From: a virus
IMG/VR virus record: IMGVR_UViG_3300042446_001683
Direction: 5' to 3' (one strand)
DNA length: 64,000 nucleotides
Shown here: positions 48,467 to 57,790 of the stretch, in pieces
How the letters are laid out: every line of letters starts with the position of its first letter
Numbering within the stretch: position 1 is the stretch's first letter
Notes under the pieces: generated by a model
Database searches by the model: none
What the model was told of the DNA's origin: nothing
Seen by the model: only the letters and a program-made list of their open reading frames with translations
Made by a program: the position numbers and the translations under genes

Positions 48467-48781
48467 ATGGAAAAAAACGATTTATCGTCAGTTACACTGA
48501 TCAAAGATCCGTCAATCGAACCGTATTTCATCGGTCGCGACGCAAACAGCTACACAATTTATGAAACTGTCTACCCAGGTACAAATACTAAGGGAAGAGG
48601 TCGCAAAACACGGACTAAAGAAGCAGTCAAAGCCGTTTCATTCCATACTAACTTTGGCTCAGCATTAAGTTCAATTGCTAAGTTAAAAGTAGAAAAACGT
48701 CAAGTATATGATACTATTCATGAGTATATTACTGAATGGAGACGAGTAAAAGAAGAAATCAATCAAATAGTTAATTTTTAA
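48467..48781 (+). CDS. Hypothetical protein
   Basis: IKDPSIEPYFI; ATG 48467 preferred because 48440 lies inside the promoter. Confidence 0.6.
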   Translation: MEKNDLSSVTLIKDPSIEPYFIGRDANSYTIYETVYPGTNTKGRGRKTRTKEAVKAVSFHTNFGSALSSIAKLKVEKRQVYDTIHEYITEWRRVKEEINQIVNF

Positions 48782-48782
48782 T

Positions 48783-49085
48783 ATGAAACAGTTACAAGCA
48801 ACGTTTAACGCGGTTATCATTAAACCTCGTGAAGAAGAAGAAGGAATGTTCGGTTCTATCATTGTACCCGATATGGGTAAAGAAAAAGCGCTTATTGGTA
48901 CAATCGTATCTGTAGGCCCAGGTCAATCATCATACTCAGGAGCATTTATTCCTACAGTATTAGAAGTAGGAATGGAAGTAATGTTACCAAGTATGGGTCC
49001 AAACAAAATTGAATTGGAAGGACAAGAGTATTGGGTATGCCCTGAAAATCAAGTATTAGCAATCATTAAAACAACAGAACAATAA
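48783..49085 (+). CDS. groES: Co-chaperonin GroES
   Basis: GSIIVPD..KEK..GTIVSVGPG, VG..V, E..VLAII; adjacent to groEL. Confidence 0.88.
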   Translation: MKQLQATFNAVIIKPREEEEGMFGSIIVPDMGKEKALIGTIVSVGPGQSSYSGAFIPTVLEVGMEVMLPSMGPNKIELEGQEYWVCPENQVLAIIKTTEQ

Positions 49086-49086
49086 T

Positions 49087-50703
49087 ATGAGTAAAATTAT
49101 CGAATTCGGTCCTGAAGCAAGGAAAAAACTCGTAACTGGTATTGACAAACTAGCAAACGCAGTTACGTCTACATTAGGTCCAAATGGTCGTAATGTGGTT
49201 ATCGCAAATCAAAATGGTTACCCTCAATCAACAAAAGATGGTGTAACTGTAGCTAAAAACATTTCACTTGAAGATCCAATTGAAGAATTGGGTGTACAAC
49301 TTGTAAAACAAGCAGCTATTAAGACAGCTGAAGGAGCAGGTGATGGTACAACTACATCTACATTGTTGGCTCAAGAAATGGTTAAAGCCGGTTTAATGCA
49401 CTTAAACAATGGAGTAAATGCAGTATCTATCAAGCGTGATATTGATGCCGCAGTTAAAGATGTAGTTGCAGAATTACGCAAAGGTATTTCACAAGACATT
49501 AGCTCTGAAGATCAATTGAAACAAGTAGCTACTATTTCAGGTAATAATGATCCTGAAGTAGGAGAGTTGATTGCAACAGCAATGAATAAAGTAGGTCGTG
49601 AAGGAGTAGTTTACATTGAAGAATCTAAATCAGGTGAAACATATCTTGAAACAGTAGAAGGTATGCAATTTGATCGTGGTTACAAATCTCATTACTTTGT
49701 TACAGATAACAATACAATGAGTTGTACACTTGAGAATGCTATGATTTTGATTGCGGATAAGAAATTTACTTCAATTAAAGAATTATTACCACTATTAGAA
49801 AGTGTATCTTCACAAGGTAAATCATTACTTATTATTGCAGAAGACATTGATGGTGAAGCATTAGCTACACTTATTGTTAATAAAATGAGAGGCACAATTA
49901 AAGTAGCAGCAGTTAAAGCTCCTGACTTTGGTGATCGTAGAAAACTTATTTTAGATGATATTGCAATTTTAACAGGAGGTGAGGTATTTAGTACTGATAA
50001 GGGTATGAAATTAGATCGTTTTGATTCAAAATGGTTTGGTGAAGCCCGATTAGTTACAATTACAAAAGATGAAACAACAATCGTTGACGGAAGAGGAGAA
50101 TCTGAACGAATACAAGCACGTATTGAAGAGTTACAGCTCCAAATCGAAAAAGCAAAAACACCTTTCGAACAAGAAAAACTACAAGAAAGACTCGCGAAAT
50201 TTGTCGGAGGAGTAGCTATTGTTCATGTAGGTGGAAATACAGAAACTGAGGTCAAAGAAAAGAAAGACCGAGTTGATGATGCGCTTCAAGCAACTAAAGC
50301 CGCAATTGAAGAAGGTATTGTTCCTGGAGGTGGTGCTGCTTTATTATATGCTCGTGAAGCAATTAAGAATCGCAAATCAGTAGGTGGAGCAATTGTCTAT
50401 ACAGCATGTGGTGCTCCATTTATGAAAATTCTTACTAACGCTGGTTCTACAGAACAAGAGGCTTATTATTTGATTAATAAGTTAGGTGGTAGTGATAACT
50501 GGAAAGGATATAATCTATTAACTGAGAAATTCGTTAACATGAAAGACGCGGGTATTATTGATCCAACTAAAGTTACTCGTACTGCAATTGAGAACGCAGC
50601 ATCAGTAGCTGGAACAATTCTGTTAACAGAATGTACTGTCGTAGATAAGCCTGAAGATAAAAAACAGGATGATATGATGGGTGGAATGGGAGGTATGTTC
50701 TAA
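49087..50703 (+). CDS. groEL: Chaperonin GroEL
   Basis: TLGPNGRNV, TKDGVTVAK, GDGTTT, EGMQFDRGY, KAPDFGDRRK, GGM tail. Confidence 0.97.
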   Translation: MSKIIEFGPEARKKLVTGIDKLANAVTSTLGPNGRNVVIANQNGYPQSTKDGVTVAKNISLEDPIEELGVQLVKQAAIKTAEGAGDGTTTSTLLAQEMVKAGLMHLNNGVNAVSIKRDIDAAVKDVVAELRKGISQDISSEDQLKQVATISGNNDPEVGELIATAMNKVGREGVVYIEESKSGETYLETVEGMQFDRGYKSHYFVTDNNTMSCTLENAMILIADKKFTSIKELLPLLESVSSQGKSLLIIAEDIDGEALATLIVNKMRGTIKVAAVKAPDFGDRRKLILDDIAILTGGEVFSTDKGMKLDRFDSKWFGEARLVTITKDETTIVDGRGESERIQARIEELQLQIEKAKTPFEQEKLQERLAKFVGGVAIVHVGGNTETEVKEKKDRVDDALQATKAAIEEGIVPGGGAALLYAREAIKNRKSVGGAIVYTACGAPFMKILTNAGSTEQEAYYLINKLGGSDNWKGYNLLTEKFVNMKDAGIIDPTKVTRTAIENAASVAGTILLTECTVVDKPEDKKQDDMMGGMGGMF

Positions 50704-50975
50704 TGGCTACCGAAGTCAAAGAAGAATTAAAATTGATCGCTGAGCGATACCCACCGGGAGACCAGTGGGTATTGTTAAGTGATCCTAATCATGTGTATAA
50801 ATCATTAACAGAAGCATTAGAAGGTTATTTTGAAGAAGCTGGAGGACTATCATGTGATTTTAGATTGTCACCTATGAAAGGTAAATTATATGCTATTGAT
50901 AGTGTAGTGGTTGAAAAAGCAACACCACCCCCACCTCCTCCCCCAAAGAAATTTAACATGTACGGAGACTATTGA
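50703..50975 (+). CDS. Hypothetical protein with poly-Pro tract
   Basis: IAERYPPGDQW; TPPPPPPPKKFNMYGDY. Confidence 0.6.
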   Translation: MATEVKEELKLIAERYPPGDQWVLLSDPNHVYKSLTEALEGYFEEAGGLSCDFRLSPMKGKLYAIDSVVVEKATPPPPPPPKKFNMYGDY

Positions 50976-50983
50976 TATGTATA
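50975..50983 (+). promoter_or_regulatory. Variant late motif ATATGTATA
   Basis: One mismatch; upstream of two leader-bearing genes. Confidence 0.45.
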
Positions 50984-51003
50984 ATAAAAATAAAACTAAT
51001 ACT

Positions 51004-51243
51004 ATGAATAAAGAATTTCTTAAAATGCAAAAATTGGCTGGTTTAATTACTGAAAACCAGTATGACGAAGATGAATATCCTAGACTTGATCAAGAAACAT
51101 ACATGGAGTTTTTAAATGCATGTTTTGAGTGTTTCGATAATGGTGCTAATGCTTATGATGATAGCACTTGGACTGATGATGAAAGAGACTTAGCACAAAA
51201 TCTTGCTAATGTTATAGGAAGAGCTGGGATTGATATTTCTTAA
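51004..51243 (+). CDS. Small acidic protein with MQKLAGLITE leader (candidate internal head protein)
   Basis: ATG 51004: MNKEFLKMQKLAGLITE-NQ then an acidic body. Confidence 0.55.
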   Translation: MNKEFLKMQKLAGLITENQYDEDEYPRLDQETYMEFLNACFECFDNGANAYDDSTWTDDERDLAQNLANVIGRAGIDIS

Positions 51244-51245
51244 TT

Positions 51246-51560
51246 ATGAAAGTATCTGAATTAAAACAAATCATCAAAGAGGAAATCGTTAAAGCATTAG
51301 CTGAAAACGAAATTAAGCCAACCCATAGATCTAATGTAGATTGGTACTATGTTGAAGAATATAGTGACTACCCTGGACCTAAAGGTAGAACAGTCCCTAA
51401 CGCTAGGGAGTATGATGATCCTACTGGATATGATGGAACTGAACTCTATGTACCTGAAGGAACTGTAGGATATATCAAAGATGGTAAATTTATAGTAGCC
51501 TCAGGAAAAAGAGAAGGTAATGATGTTGAATACAAAGCTGAATACTTTGATAAAATATAA
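51246..51560 (+). CDS. Hypothetical protein with MKVSELKQIIKEEI leader
   Basis: Same leader family as 36396-38049. Confidence 0.6.
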   Translation: MKVSELKQIIKEEIVKALAENEIKPTHRSNVDWYYVEEYSDYPGPKGRTVPNAREYDDPTGYDGTELYVPEGTVGYIKDGKFIVASGKREGNDVEYKAEYFDKI

Positions 51561-51590
51561 ATAGTCTTTAAAAACATATTATATTAAAAT

Positions 51591-51619
51591 TTGGCCTTCG
51601 GGCCATTTTTTATTATATT
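51591..51619 (+). promoter_or_regulatory. Composite terminator hairpin / TTGGCC-N17-TATATT promoter
   Basis: TGGCC-TTCG-GGCCA-TTTTTT; near-identical to 38078-38106. Confidence 0.72.
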
Positions 51620-51626
51620 TGGTTAT

Positions 51627-52568
51627 ATGAAAGAAAATAGTTTATTTGTAGAAAAATATAGATCTAAAACATTAGAAGACTATATTGGTAATGAGCAACT
51701 AAAATCTATTGTTGCCCAATATATTAAGAAAAATGATTTACAAAACTTACTATTGTATGGTACACCTGGAACAGGCAAAACAACATTAGCTAAATTAATT
51801 GTAAATAACTTTGATTGTGATTTCCTCTATATTAATGCTTCAGATGAAAGAGGTATTGATACAATTAGAGATAAAGTTCAAGGTTTTGCTTCAAGTGCTT
51901 CATTTAAACCAATTAAAATTATTATCTTAGATGAAGCTGATTTCTTAACTATACAAGCACAAGCATCACTTCGCAACATTATTGAGACATATTCTCGTAC
52001 TACTAGATTTATTTTAACATGTAATTATCTTGAACGTATTATTGACCCACTTCAATCACGTTGTCAAGTATTAAAAATTACACCTCCATCTAAAAAAGAA
52101 GTAGCAAAACATATTGCTGGTATTTTAGATAAAGAAGACATCCATTACACATTAGATGATCTAGCCCTAGTAGTTAATAAACATTACCCAGATGTTAGAA
52201 AAATACTTAATACTTGTCAAGTAAATACTGTTGATGGGGGTGCTAATGACTTATATCTTAAAATAGATAAAACAATATTATCATCAAACAGTTATAAAGA
52301 TGGAGTATTAAAGGAACTTAAATCACCAACTAAATCTAGTTTTAAAAACATCAGACAAATACTTGCTGATAGTAATTTGGATGATTTTGAAGAGATTTAT
52401 AGATTCCTATATGATAGTTTAGATGAGTATGGTAATAATGATCTATCAAAAGCAATGATTGTTATTGAAATAGAAAATTATATGTACCATGCTAACTTCA
52501 GAATTGATAAAGAAATTAATGTAATGGCTTTATTAGCCTCAATTTTAAAAATAATAAATAATAAATAA
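51627..52568 (+). CDS. Clamp loader ATPase subunit, gp44/RFC-like
   Basis: VEKYR, GTPGTGKT, NASDERGID, LDEAD, SRC; ATG 51627 preferred. Confidence 0.93.
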   Translation: MKENSLFVEKYRSKTLEDYIGNEQLKSIVAQYIKKNDLQNLLLYGTPGTGKTTLAKLIVNNFDCDFLYINASDERGIDTIRDKVQGFASSASFKPIKIIILDEADFLTIQAQASLRNIIETYSRTTRFILTCNYLERIIDPLQSRCQVLKITPPSKKEVAKHIAGILDKEDIHYTLDDLALVVNKHYPDVRKILNTCQVNTVDGGANDLYLKIDKTILSSNSYKDGVLKELKSPTKSSFKNIRQILADSNLDDFEEIYRFLYDSLDEYGNNDLSKAMIVIEIENYMYHANFRIDKEINVMALLASILKIINNK

Positions 52569-52572
52569 AGTT

Positions 52573-52815
52573 ATGAGTGAATCAAAACAACCACTTAATG
52601 TCAATGTAGACTTTAAGCAAACACAACCAATTACTTCACCTGATGGGAATCATGTATTTGCTGAAGGAGTAATTTTACGTAAGGTATCTAAATTTCTAAC
52701 AGGTACTTCTGAGGATAGTATTATGCCTATTCCATGTTTCTATGATGTAGTGACAGGAAAAATATTAGTAGAACTGTTACCTAAAGAAGTTAGAGAAGAG
52801 TATGACAATATTTGA
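52573..52815 (+). CDS. Hypothetical protein
   Basis: 80 aa; F..GVILRKVSKF..G...PIP.FY. Confidence 0.6.
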   Translation: MSESKQPLNVNVDFKQTQPITSPDGNHVFAEGVILRKVSKFLTGTSEDSIMPIPCFYDVVTGKILVELLPKEVREEYDNI

Positions 52816-53218
52816 TTGGTTAAAGGAAATTACCTATAATAAATCAAAATGGGAATCATTTACTGAGGAAGACAAAGAGTCATTTAATTGCTACATGATT
52901 CATCGTTTCCTCAGTATGAATCCTGAGTATATAGAGTTCGTGAATTTAGTGCAGACTTTTCCATATTCTGATAAGGAGAAAACATATAATATATATTTAT
53001 ATATGATACCTAAAAATAATATGTTCCTTAAATACATTAAATCTTCTAAAAAGAAAAAGCAAGAATCATTGCTTAAACATATTGCTAACTATTTTGAATG
53101 CTCATTTGGTGAAGCAGAAGAATATATTGATATATTAAGAGACTCAGGTGTGAAAAGTATACTTACTAAATTAGGTATTGAAGAGAAAGAACAAAAAAAG
53201 TTATTAAAAAATGGATAG
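52802..53218 (+). CDS. Clamp loader small subunit, gp62-like
   Basis: FDWL, FNCYMIHRFLSM, IPK..FLKYIK, IANYFECS..EAEEY. Confidence 0.7.
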   Translation: MTIFDWLKEITYNKSKWESFTEEDKESFNCYMIHRFLSMNPEYIEFVNLVQTFPYSDKEKTYNIYLYMIPKNNMFLKYIKSSKKKKQESLLKHIANYFECSFGEAEEYIDILRDSGVKSILTKLGIEEKEQKKLLKNG

Positions 53219-53405
53219 TATAGTTACATCAATAATTAAGCAATTCAAAGAACGAAGTACAGCAGGTAAAACAAAGTATGGTACTGATTTAGACAGAACA
53301 GATCTATCTCTATTAGAGTGGGTTGAACATGCTAAACAAGAACATATGGATGCTATCCTATACCTTGAAAAACTAAAACAACAGTTTATTCAAGAAAACA
53401 AATAA
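53211..53405 (+). CDS. Small protein, possible MazG-like NTP-PPase domain
   Basis: G.TKYGTDLDR, W.EHAKQEHMDAILYL. Confidence 0.45.
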   Translation: MDSIVTSIIKQFKERSTAGKTKYGTDLDRTDLSLLEWVEHAKQEHMDAILYLEKLKQQFIQENK

Positions 53406-53413
53406 ATCAAATT

Positions 53414-54349
53414 TTGAGTACTAAAATACCATCGATAGTCAAAACTATCAGGAGCTATACTCCTCAAGAGATAAATTATGCTTACCATAAGACTATCTCT
53501 TATAGCCAGTTTTCTATTTATAAAGAATGTCCTCACAAATGGGAATTACAATATAAAGACGGATTACAGGAGTATAAACCTACAATTCATACTGTATTTG
53601 GGACTGCAATGCATGAAGTACTTCAAAGTCACTTAACAGTGATGTTTGAAGAAAGCGCAGCCGCAGCTGATAGGGTTGATATCGAGGAACAGTTTGAGGA
53701 AACATTTCGTAAAGTATACTTAGATGAGTATAAGAAAAATAAAAGTACTCATTTTAGTGGCGCTACCGAAATGAGAGAGTTCTATGAAGACGGACTAAAC
53801 ATACTTAGCCAGTTTAAAAAGAAACGAGGACAATATTTTAGTAAAAAAGGATGGCACTTAGTTAAGGTTGAGTTACCAATTGTAATGACGCCTAATAACG
53901 CGTTTAAAAACGTATTATTCAAAGGCTTTATCGACTTGGTATTATATCACGAGCCCACTAATACATTTAAGATAATCGACTTTAAGACGTCTACTCGAGG
54001 ATGGAATGATGAAACTAAGAAAGATGAAGGTAAACAATTCCAATTGATACTTTATAAGTATTTCTTTAGTAAACAATTCAGTATTCCTGAAGATCAAATT
54101 GAAGTTGATTTTCTTATACTAAAGAGAAAGATATGGGAGGAAAGTGAATTTCCTCAAAGTCGTCTTCAAGAATATACTCCTCCAAGTGGTAAAATTAAAA
54201 TAAAGAAAGCTGTGACAGCAATTAATAACTTTCTTGAACAATGTTTTAACACTGATGGCTCATATAAGGACACTACTCACCCAATTACTGTGAATAAGAA
54301 TTGTCAATGGTGCCCTTATAATGACAAAAAAGATTTATGTAATAAGTAA
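53414..54349 (+). CDS. PD-(D/E)XK nuclease (RecB/Cas4-like, Cys cluster)
   Basis: ISYSQ..Y.ECP, FGTAMH, GFIDLV, IIDFKT, QLILY, CQWCPY....C. Confidence 0.85.
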   Translation: MSTKIPSIVKTIRSYTPQEINYAYHKTISYSQFSIYKECPHKWELQYKDGLQEYKPTIHTVFGTAMHEVLQSHLTVMFEESAAAADRVDIEEQFEETFRKVYLDEYKKNKSTHFSGATEMREFYEDGLNILSQFKKKRGQYFSKKGWHLVKVELPIVMTPNNAFKNVLFKGFIDLVLYHEPTNTFKIIDFKTSTRGWNDETKKDEGKQFQLILYKYFFSKQFSIPEDQIEVDFLILKRKIWEESEFPQSRLQEYTPPSGKIKIKKAVTAINNFLEQCFNTDGSYKDTTHPITVNKNCQWCPYNDKKDLCNK

Positions 54350-54367
54350 CTTTTATTAATTTTATAT

Positions 54368-54376
54368 ATATTTATA
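54368..54376 (+). promoter_or_regulatory. Putative late promoter motif ATATTTATA
   Basis: Upstream of the RHH gene and glycosyltransferase operon. Confidence 0.6.
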
Positions 54377-54390
54377 TACAAATAAAAGCT

Positions 54391-54576
54391 ATGAGTAAAA
54401 AAGAAATGACACTAACAAGTGTCAAAGTACAAAGCGAGTTATTTGAAGATTTTAAAATGAGTTGTGTAAAACATAAGTTTTCTTTACAAAAGCTTGTAGA
54501 TCGCACAGTCCATTTATATCTTACAGATGAAGAATTTCGCAAGAATATCCACAATCACAACAATTTAAACCGATAA
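54391..54576 (+). CDS. Ribbon-helix-helix-like DNA-binding protein
   Basis: LTSVKV strand + ELFEDFK helix + SLQKLVDRTV helix. Confidence 0.55.
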   Translation: MSKKEMTLTSVKVQSELFEDFKMSCVKHKFSLQKLVDRTVHLYLTDEEFRKNIHNHNNLNR

Positions 54577-54583
54577 AAGTTAT

Positions 54584-56020
54584 ATGAATTCAAGTTTTGC
54601 TTATCTTCCCCAGAATGAGAGGAAGAAAATCTTACTAATCTGTGACGATATTAGAGTACACTCAGGTGTAGCTACAGTCGCTCGAGAATTAGTGTTAAAC
54701 ACAGCCCAACATTTTAATTGGGTAAACATAGGAGGAGCTATACAGCACCCAGAACAAGGTAAACGATTAGATCTATCTGAAGATACTAACGCTAACACTG
54801 GGTTAAATGACTCCTCAATTATACTTTATCCAAGTAATGGATATGGGGATGCTAATTTAATTAGACAACTGATTAAAATAGAAAATCCAGATGCTATTTT
54901 CTTAATTACTGATCCAAGATATTTTATTTGGTTATTCCAAATTGAGAATGAGATTAGAAAGAAAATGCCTATTATCTATCTTAACATTTGGGATGATTAT
55001 CCAGCTCCAATGTATAATAAAGGATATTATGAGTCATGTGATGCTTTATTAGCTATATCAAAACAAACTAAAAATATTAATGAATTAGTATTAGGTGATA
55101 AGGCTAAAAATAAAATCATTGAATATGTTCCTCATGGATTAAATGAAGAGGTATTTAAACCACTTGATAAAAAAGATAAAGAATTAATTGAATTTAAAAA
55201 ACAATTGTTTGGAGGTAAAGAATTTGATTTTGTTATGTTCTTTAATTCTAGAAATATTAGACGTAAACAAATTCCTGATACATTATTTGCTTATAAAATC
55301 TTTATTGATTCATTAACTGATGAGCAAGCAAGAAAATGTGCTTTTGTATTACATACTCAAGTAGTAGATGATAATGGTACTGATTTAGAAGCAGTAAGAG
55401 AAATGTTATTTGGAAATGATTCTAAATACAATATTATATTCTCTAACCAAGTGTTAGATCCTAGAGGAATGAATTTATTATATAATTGCTCTGATGTTCA
55501 AGTCTTATTAACTAATAATGAAGGATGGGGATTAAGTTTAACTGAAGCAATTTTAGCAGGTAATCCAATTATTGCAAATGTAACTGGTGGGATGCAAGAC
55601 CAAATGCGTTTTAGTAAGAAAGGTAAGTGGATTGATTTTAGTGCTGATTTTCCTTCAAACCATAATGGTACTATTAAAGAACATGGCGAATGGGCGTTCC
55701 CAGTATACCCAACTAATAGATCAATTCAAGGTTCTCCATTAACACCTTACATTTGGGATGACAGATGCAATGCTGAAGATGCAGCAGAACAAATTAAAGC
55801 TGTTTATAATCTATCTAAAGAAGAAAGACAATCATTAGGATTAAAAGGTCGTGAATGGGCTTTATCAGATGAAGCAGGATTTACAGGAGAAAAAATGGGT
55901 CAAAATGTTATTAAAACATTAGACAAATTATTTAAAACTTGGAAACCAAGAGAAAAATATGAGTTAGTAAATGCAAATGAAACTCAACCAAAAATAGTAC
56001 CACATAAATTAGTTTATTAA
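54584..56020 (+). CDS. Glycosyltransferase (GT-B, GT4-like)
   Basis: SGVA, YVPHG, RNIRRK, EGWGLSLTEA..G.PII..TGG. Confidence 0.88.
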   Translation: MNSSFAYLPQNERKKILLICDDIRVHSGVATVARELVLNTAQHFNWVNIGGAIQHPEQGKRLDLSEDTNANTGLNDSSIILYPSNGYGDANLIRQLIKIENPDAIFLITDPRYFIWLFQIENEIRKKMPIIYLNIWDDYPAPMYNKGYYESCDALLAISKQTKNINELVLGDKAKNKIIEYVPHGLNEEVFKPLDKKDKELIEFKKQLFGGKEFDFVMFFNSRNIRRKQIPDTLFAYKIFIDSLTDEQARKCAFVLHTQVVDDNGTDLEAVREMLFGNDSKYNIIFSNQVLDPRGMNLLYNCSDVQVLLTNNEGWGLSLTEAILAGNPIIANVTGGMQDQMRFSKKGKWIDFSADFPSNHNGTIKEHGEWAFPVYPTNRSIQGSPLTPYIWDDRCNAEDAAEQIKAVYNLSKEERQSLGLKGREWALSDEAGFTGEKMGQNVIKTLDKLFKTWKPREKYELVNANETQPKIVPHKLVY

Positions 56021-56031
56021 TAAAAAGTTAT

Positions 56032-57339
56032 ATGAGCAAACCGTTATTTTTTATATCATGTCCTATTGATACTTACTCAGGATATGGAGCACGTTCTCGT
56101 GATTTAGTTAAAGCAATTATTGAGTTAGATAAATACAATGTAAAAATTCTTCCTCAAATGTGGGGGAATACACCTTGGAACTTTATCAATGATAATCCAG
56201 AATGGGGATTTTTAAATAATTACATTTACAACCAACCTCAACTACCTAAACAACCAGAAATTTGGATGCAAATTACTATACCAAGTGAATTTCAACCAAT
56301 AGGAAAATATAACATTGGGGTAACAGCTGGGATTGAAACAACATTATCACCTGGTGATTGGATTGAAGGTATTAATAGAATGAATTTAGTATTAACTTCA
56401 TCTGAACATTCAAAGAAAACATTTATTGATACTGTTTTACAAAAAGTAGATCAACGTTCAAATCAAGTTATTGGGGAAGCTAAAGTTGAAAAACCACTTG
56501 AAGTATTATTTGAAGGAGCAGATGTTAATGTTTATAAACCACTTGATAAAGTAGATTCATTTCCTGAGTTAAACAATATTAAAGAAAAGTTTGCTTTTCT
56601 ATTTGTTGGACATTGGATTAATGGTGATTTAGGAGAAGATAGAAAAAATGTTGGATTATTAGTTAAAATGTTTTATGAACTATTTAAAAACAAAAAAGAC
56701 AAACCAGCGTTAATTTTAAAAACATCTCAATTTGGCTCATCATACTTAGATAGAGATGAAATTTTAAGAAAAATTAATTTTATTAAATCATCAATTAACA
56801 GTAAAGATTTACCTAATGTTTACTTACTACATGGTGAATTTAGTGATAATGAAATGAATGAGTTATACAATCATGATAAAGTTAAAGCAATGATTAACTT
56901 AACTAGAGGTGAAGGATTTGGACGCCCATTACTTGAATTTAGTTTAACTAAAAAACCAATTGTGACAACTAATTGGAGTGGACATACAGATTTCTTACAT
57001 CCTGAATTTACAACATTATTACCTGGTAAATTAACAGATGTGCACCCAAGTGCTGCAAATCAATGGTTACTAAAAGAATCACAATGGTTTTCAGCAGATC
57101 TAGGTCATGCTGGGACAGTTGTTAAAGATATATTTGAAGATTATAAAAAGTATATTGATGGAGGTAAACGTCAAGCTCATAAAAGTAAAACTGAGTTTAG
57201 TTGGGAAAAAATGAAGAGTAAAGTAGATGAATTATTTACTAAATACATTCCTGAGTTCCCAAAACAAGTAGAATTAAAATTACCTACTTTAAAGAAAATT
57301 GAATTACCTAAATTACAAAAAGAAGAAACAAATGGATAA
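56032..57339 (+). CDS. Glycosyltransferase (GT-B, GT4-like)
   Basis: SGYGAR, FLFVGHW, RKN, RGEGFGRPLLE, TNWSGH. Confidence 0.88.
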   Translation: MSKPLFFISCPIDTYSGYGARSRDLVKAIIELDKYNVKILPQMWGNTPWNFINDNPEWGFLNNYIYNQPQLPKQPEIWMQITIPSEFQPIGKYNIGVTAGIETTLSPGDWIEGINRMNLVLTSSEHSKKTFIDTVLQKVDQRSNQVIGEAKVEKPLEVLFEGADVNVYKPLDKVDSFPELNNIKEKFAFLFVGHWINGDLGEDRKNVGLLVKMFYELFKNKKDKPALILKTSQFGSSYLDRDEILRKINFIKSSINSKDLPNVYLLHGEFSDNEMNELYNHDKVKAMINLTRGEGFGRPLLEFSLTKKPIVTTNWSGHTDFLHPEFTTLLPGKLTDVHPSAANQWLLKESQWFSADLGHAGTVVKDIFEDYKKYIDGGKRQAHKSKTEFSWEKMKSKVDELFTKYIPEFPKQVELKLPTLKKIELPKLQKEETNG

Positions 57340-57790
57340 AATTATTAATTGTCCTAAATCAGGAGGTGACTTGTGTTATGAAACACAGGTCACACCTGAA
57401 ATAACAAATTGGATGTCATTATCATGTGGGTTCTGGACTAACTCACTTATGACTGAGGGAAGTGAATTTTACATTGAACAGTTTGAAGTACTTCCTGAGT
57501 TATATAAAGCATTAGCTTGGATTGATCCTGAGACTAAATTAACATGGTTGCCACAAACAATTAATGAACCTAAACAAGGTATGGTGTTTGCTAACGGATC
57601 AGAACCAGATAATTGGATGTGGGCAGCTGTAAAAGCAGTCCCAGTAATTGAAGAAGAAAAACATAAATTCCCAATTCCAAAACAACCAGGTAAGTTTTAT
57701 GAATATAGAATGGACATGGAAACACTCCAACATTTTAATGAAAGAGATTTTATAGAAGCTTTAGATTATATTGGCTTATTAACAAAATAA
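57332..57790 (+). CDS. Hypothetical protein
   Basis: CPKSG, CGFW, LPELYK; ATG 57332 preferred. Confidence 0.6.
   Translation: MDKIINCPKSGGDLCYETQVTPEITNWMSLSCGFWTNSLMTEGSEFYIEQFEVLPELYKALAWIDPETKLTWLPQTINEPKQGMVFANGSEPDNWMWAAVKAVPVIEEEKHKFPIPKQPGKFYEYRMDMETLQHFNERDFIEALDYIGLLTK

Noticed and set aside
50920-50945. C-rich tract as a slippage or phase-variation site
   Set aside because: It encodes poly-Pro with mixed codons (CCA CCC CCA CCT CCT CCC CCA) rather than a long homopolymer
53414-54349. Cas4-like nuclease as evidence of CRISPR-Cas
   Set aside because: Stand-alone PD-(D/E)XK nucleases are common in phages; no cas1/cas2 or array is present
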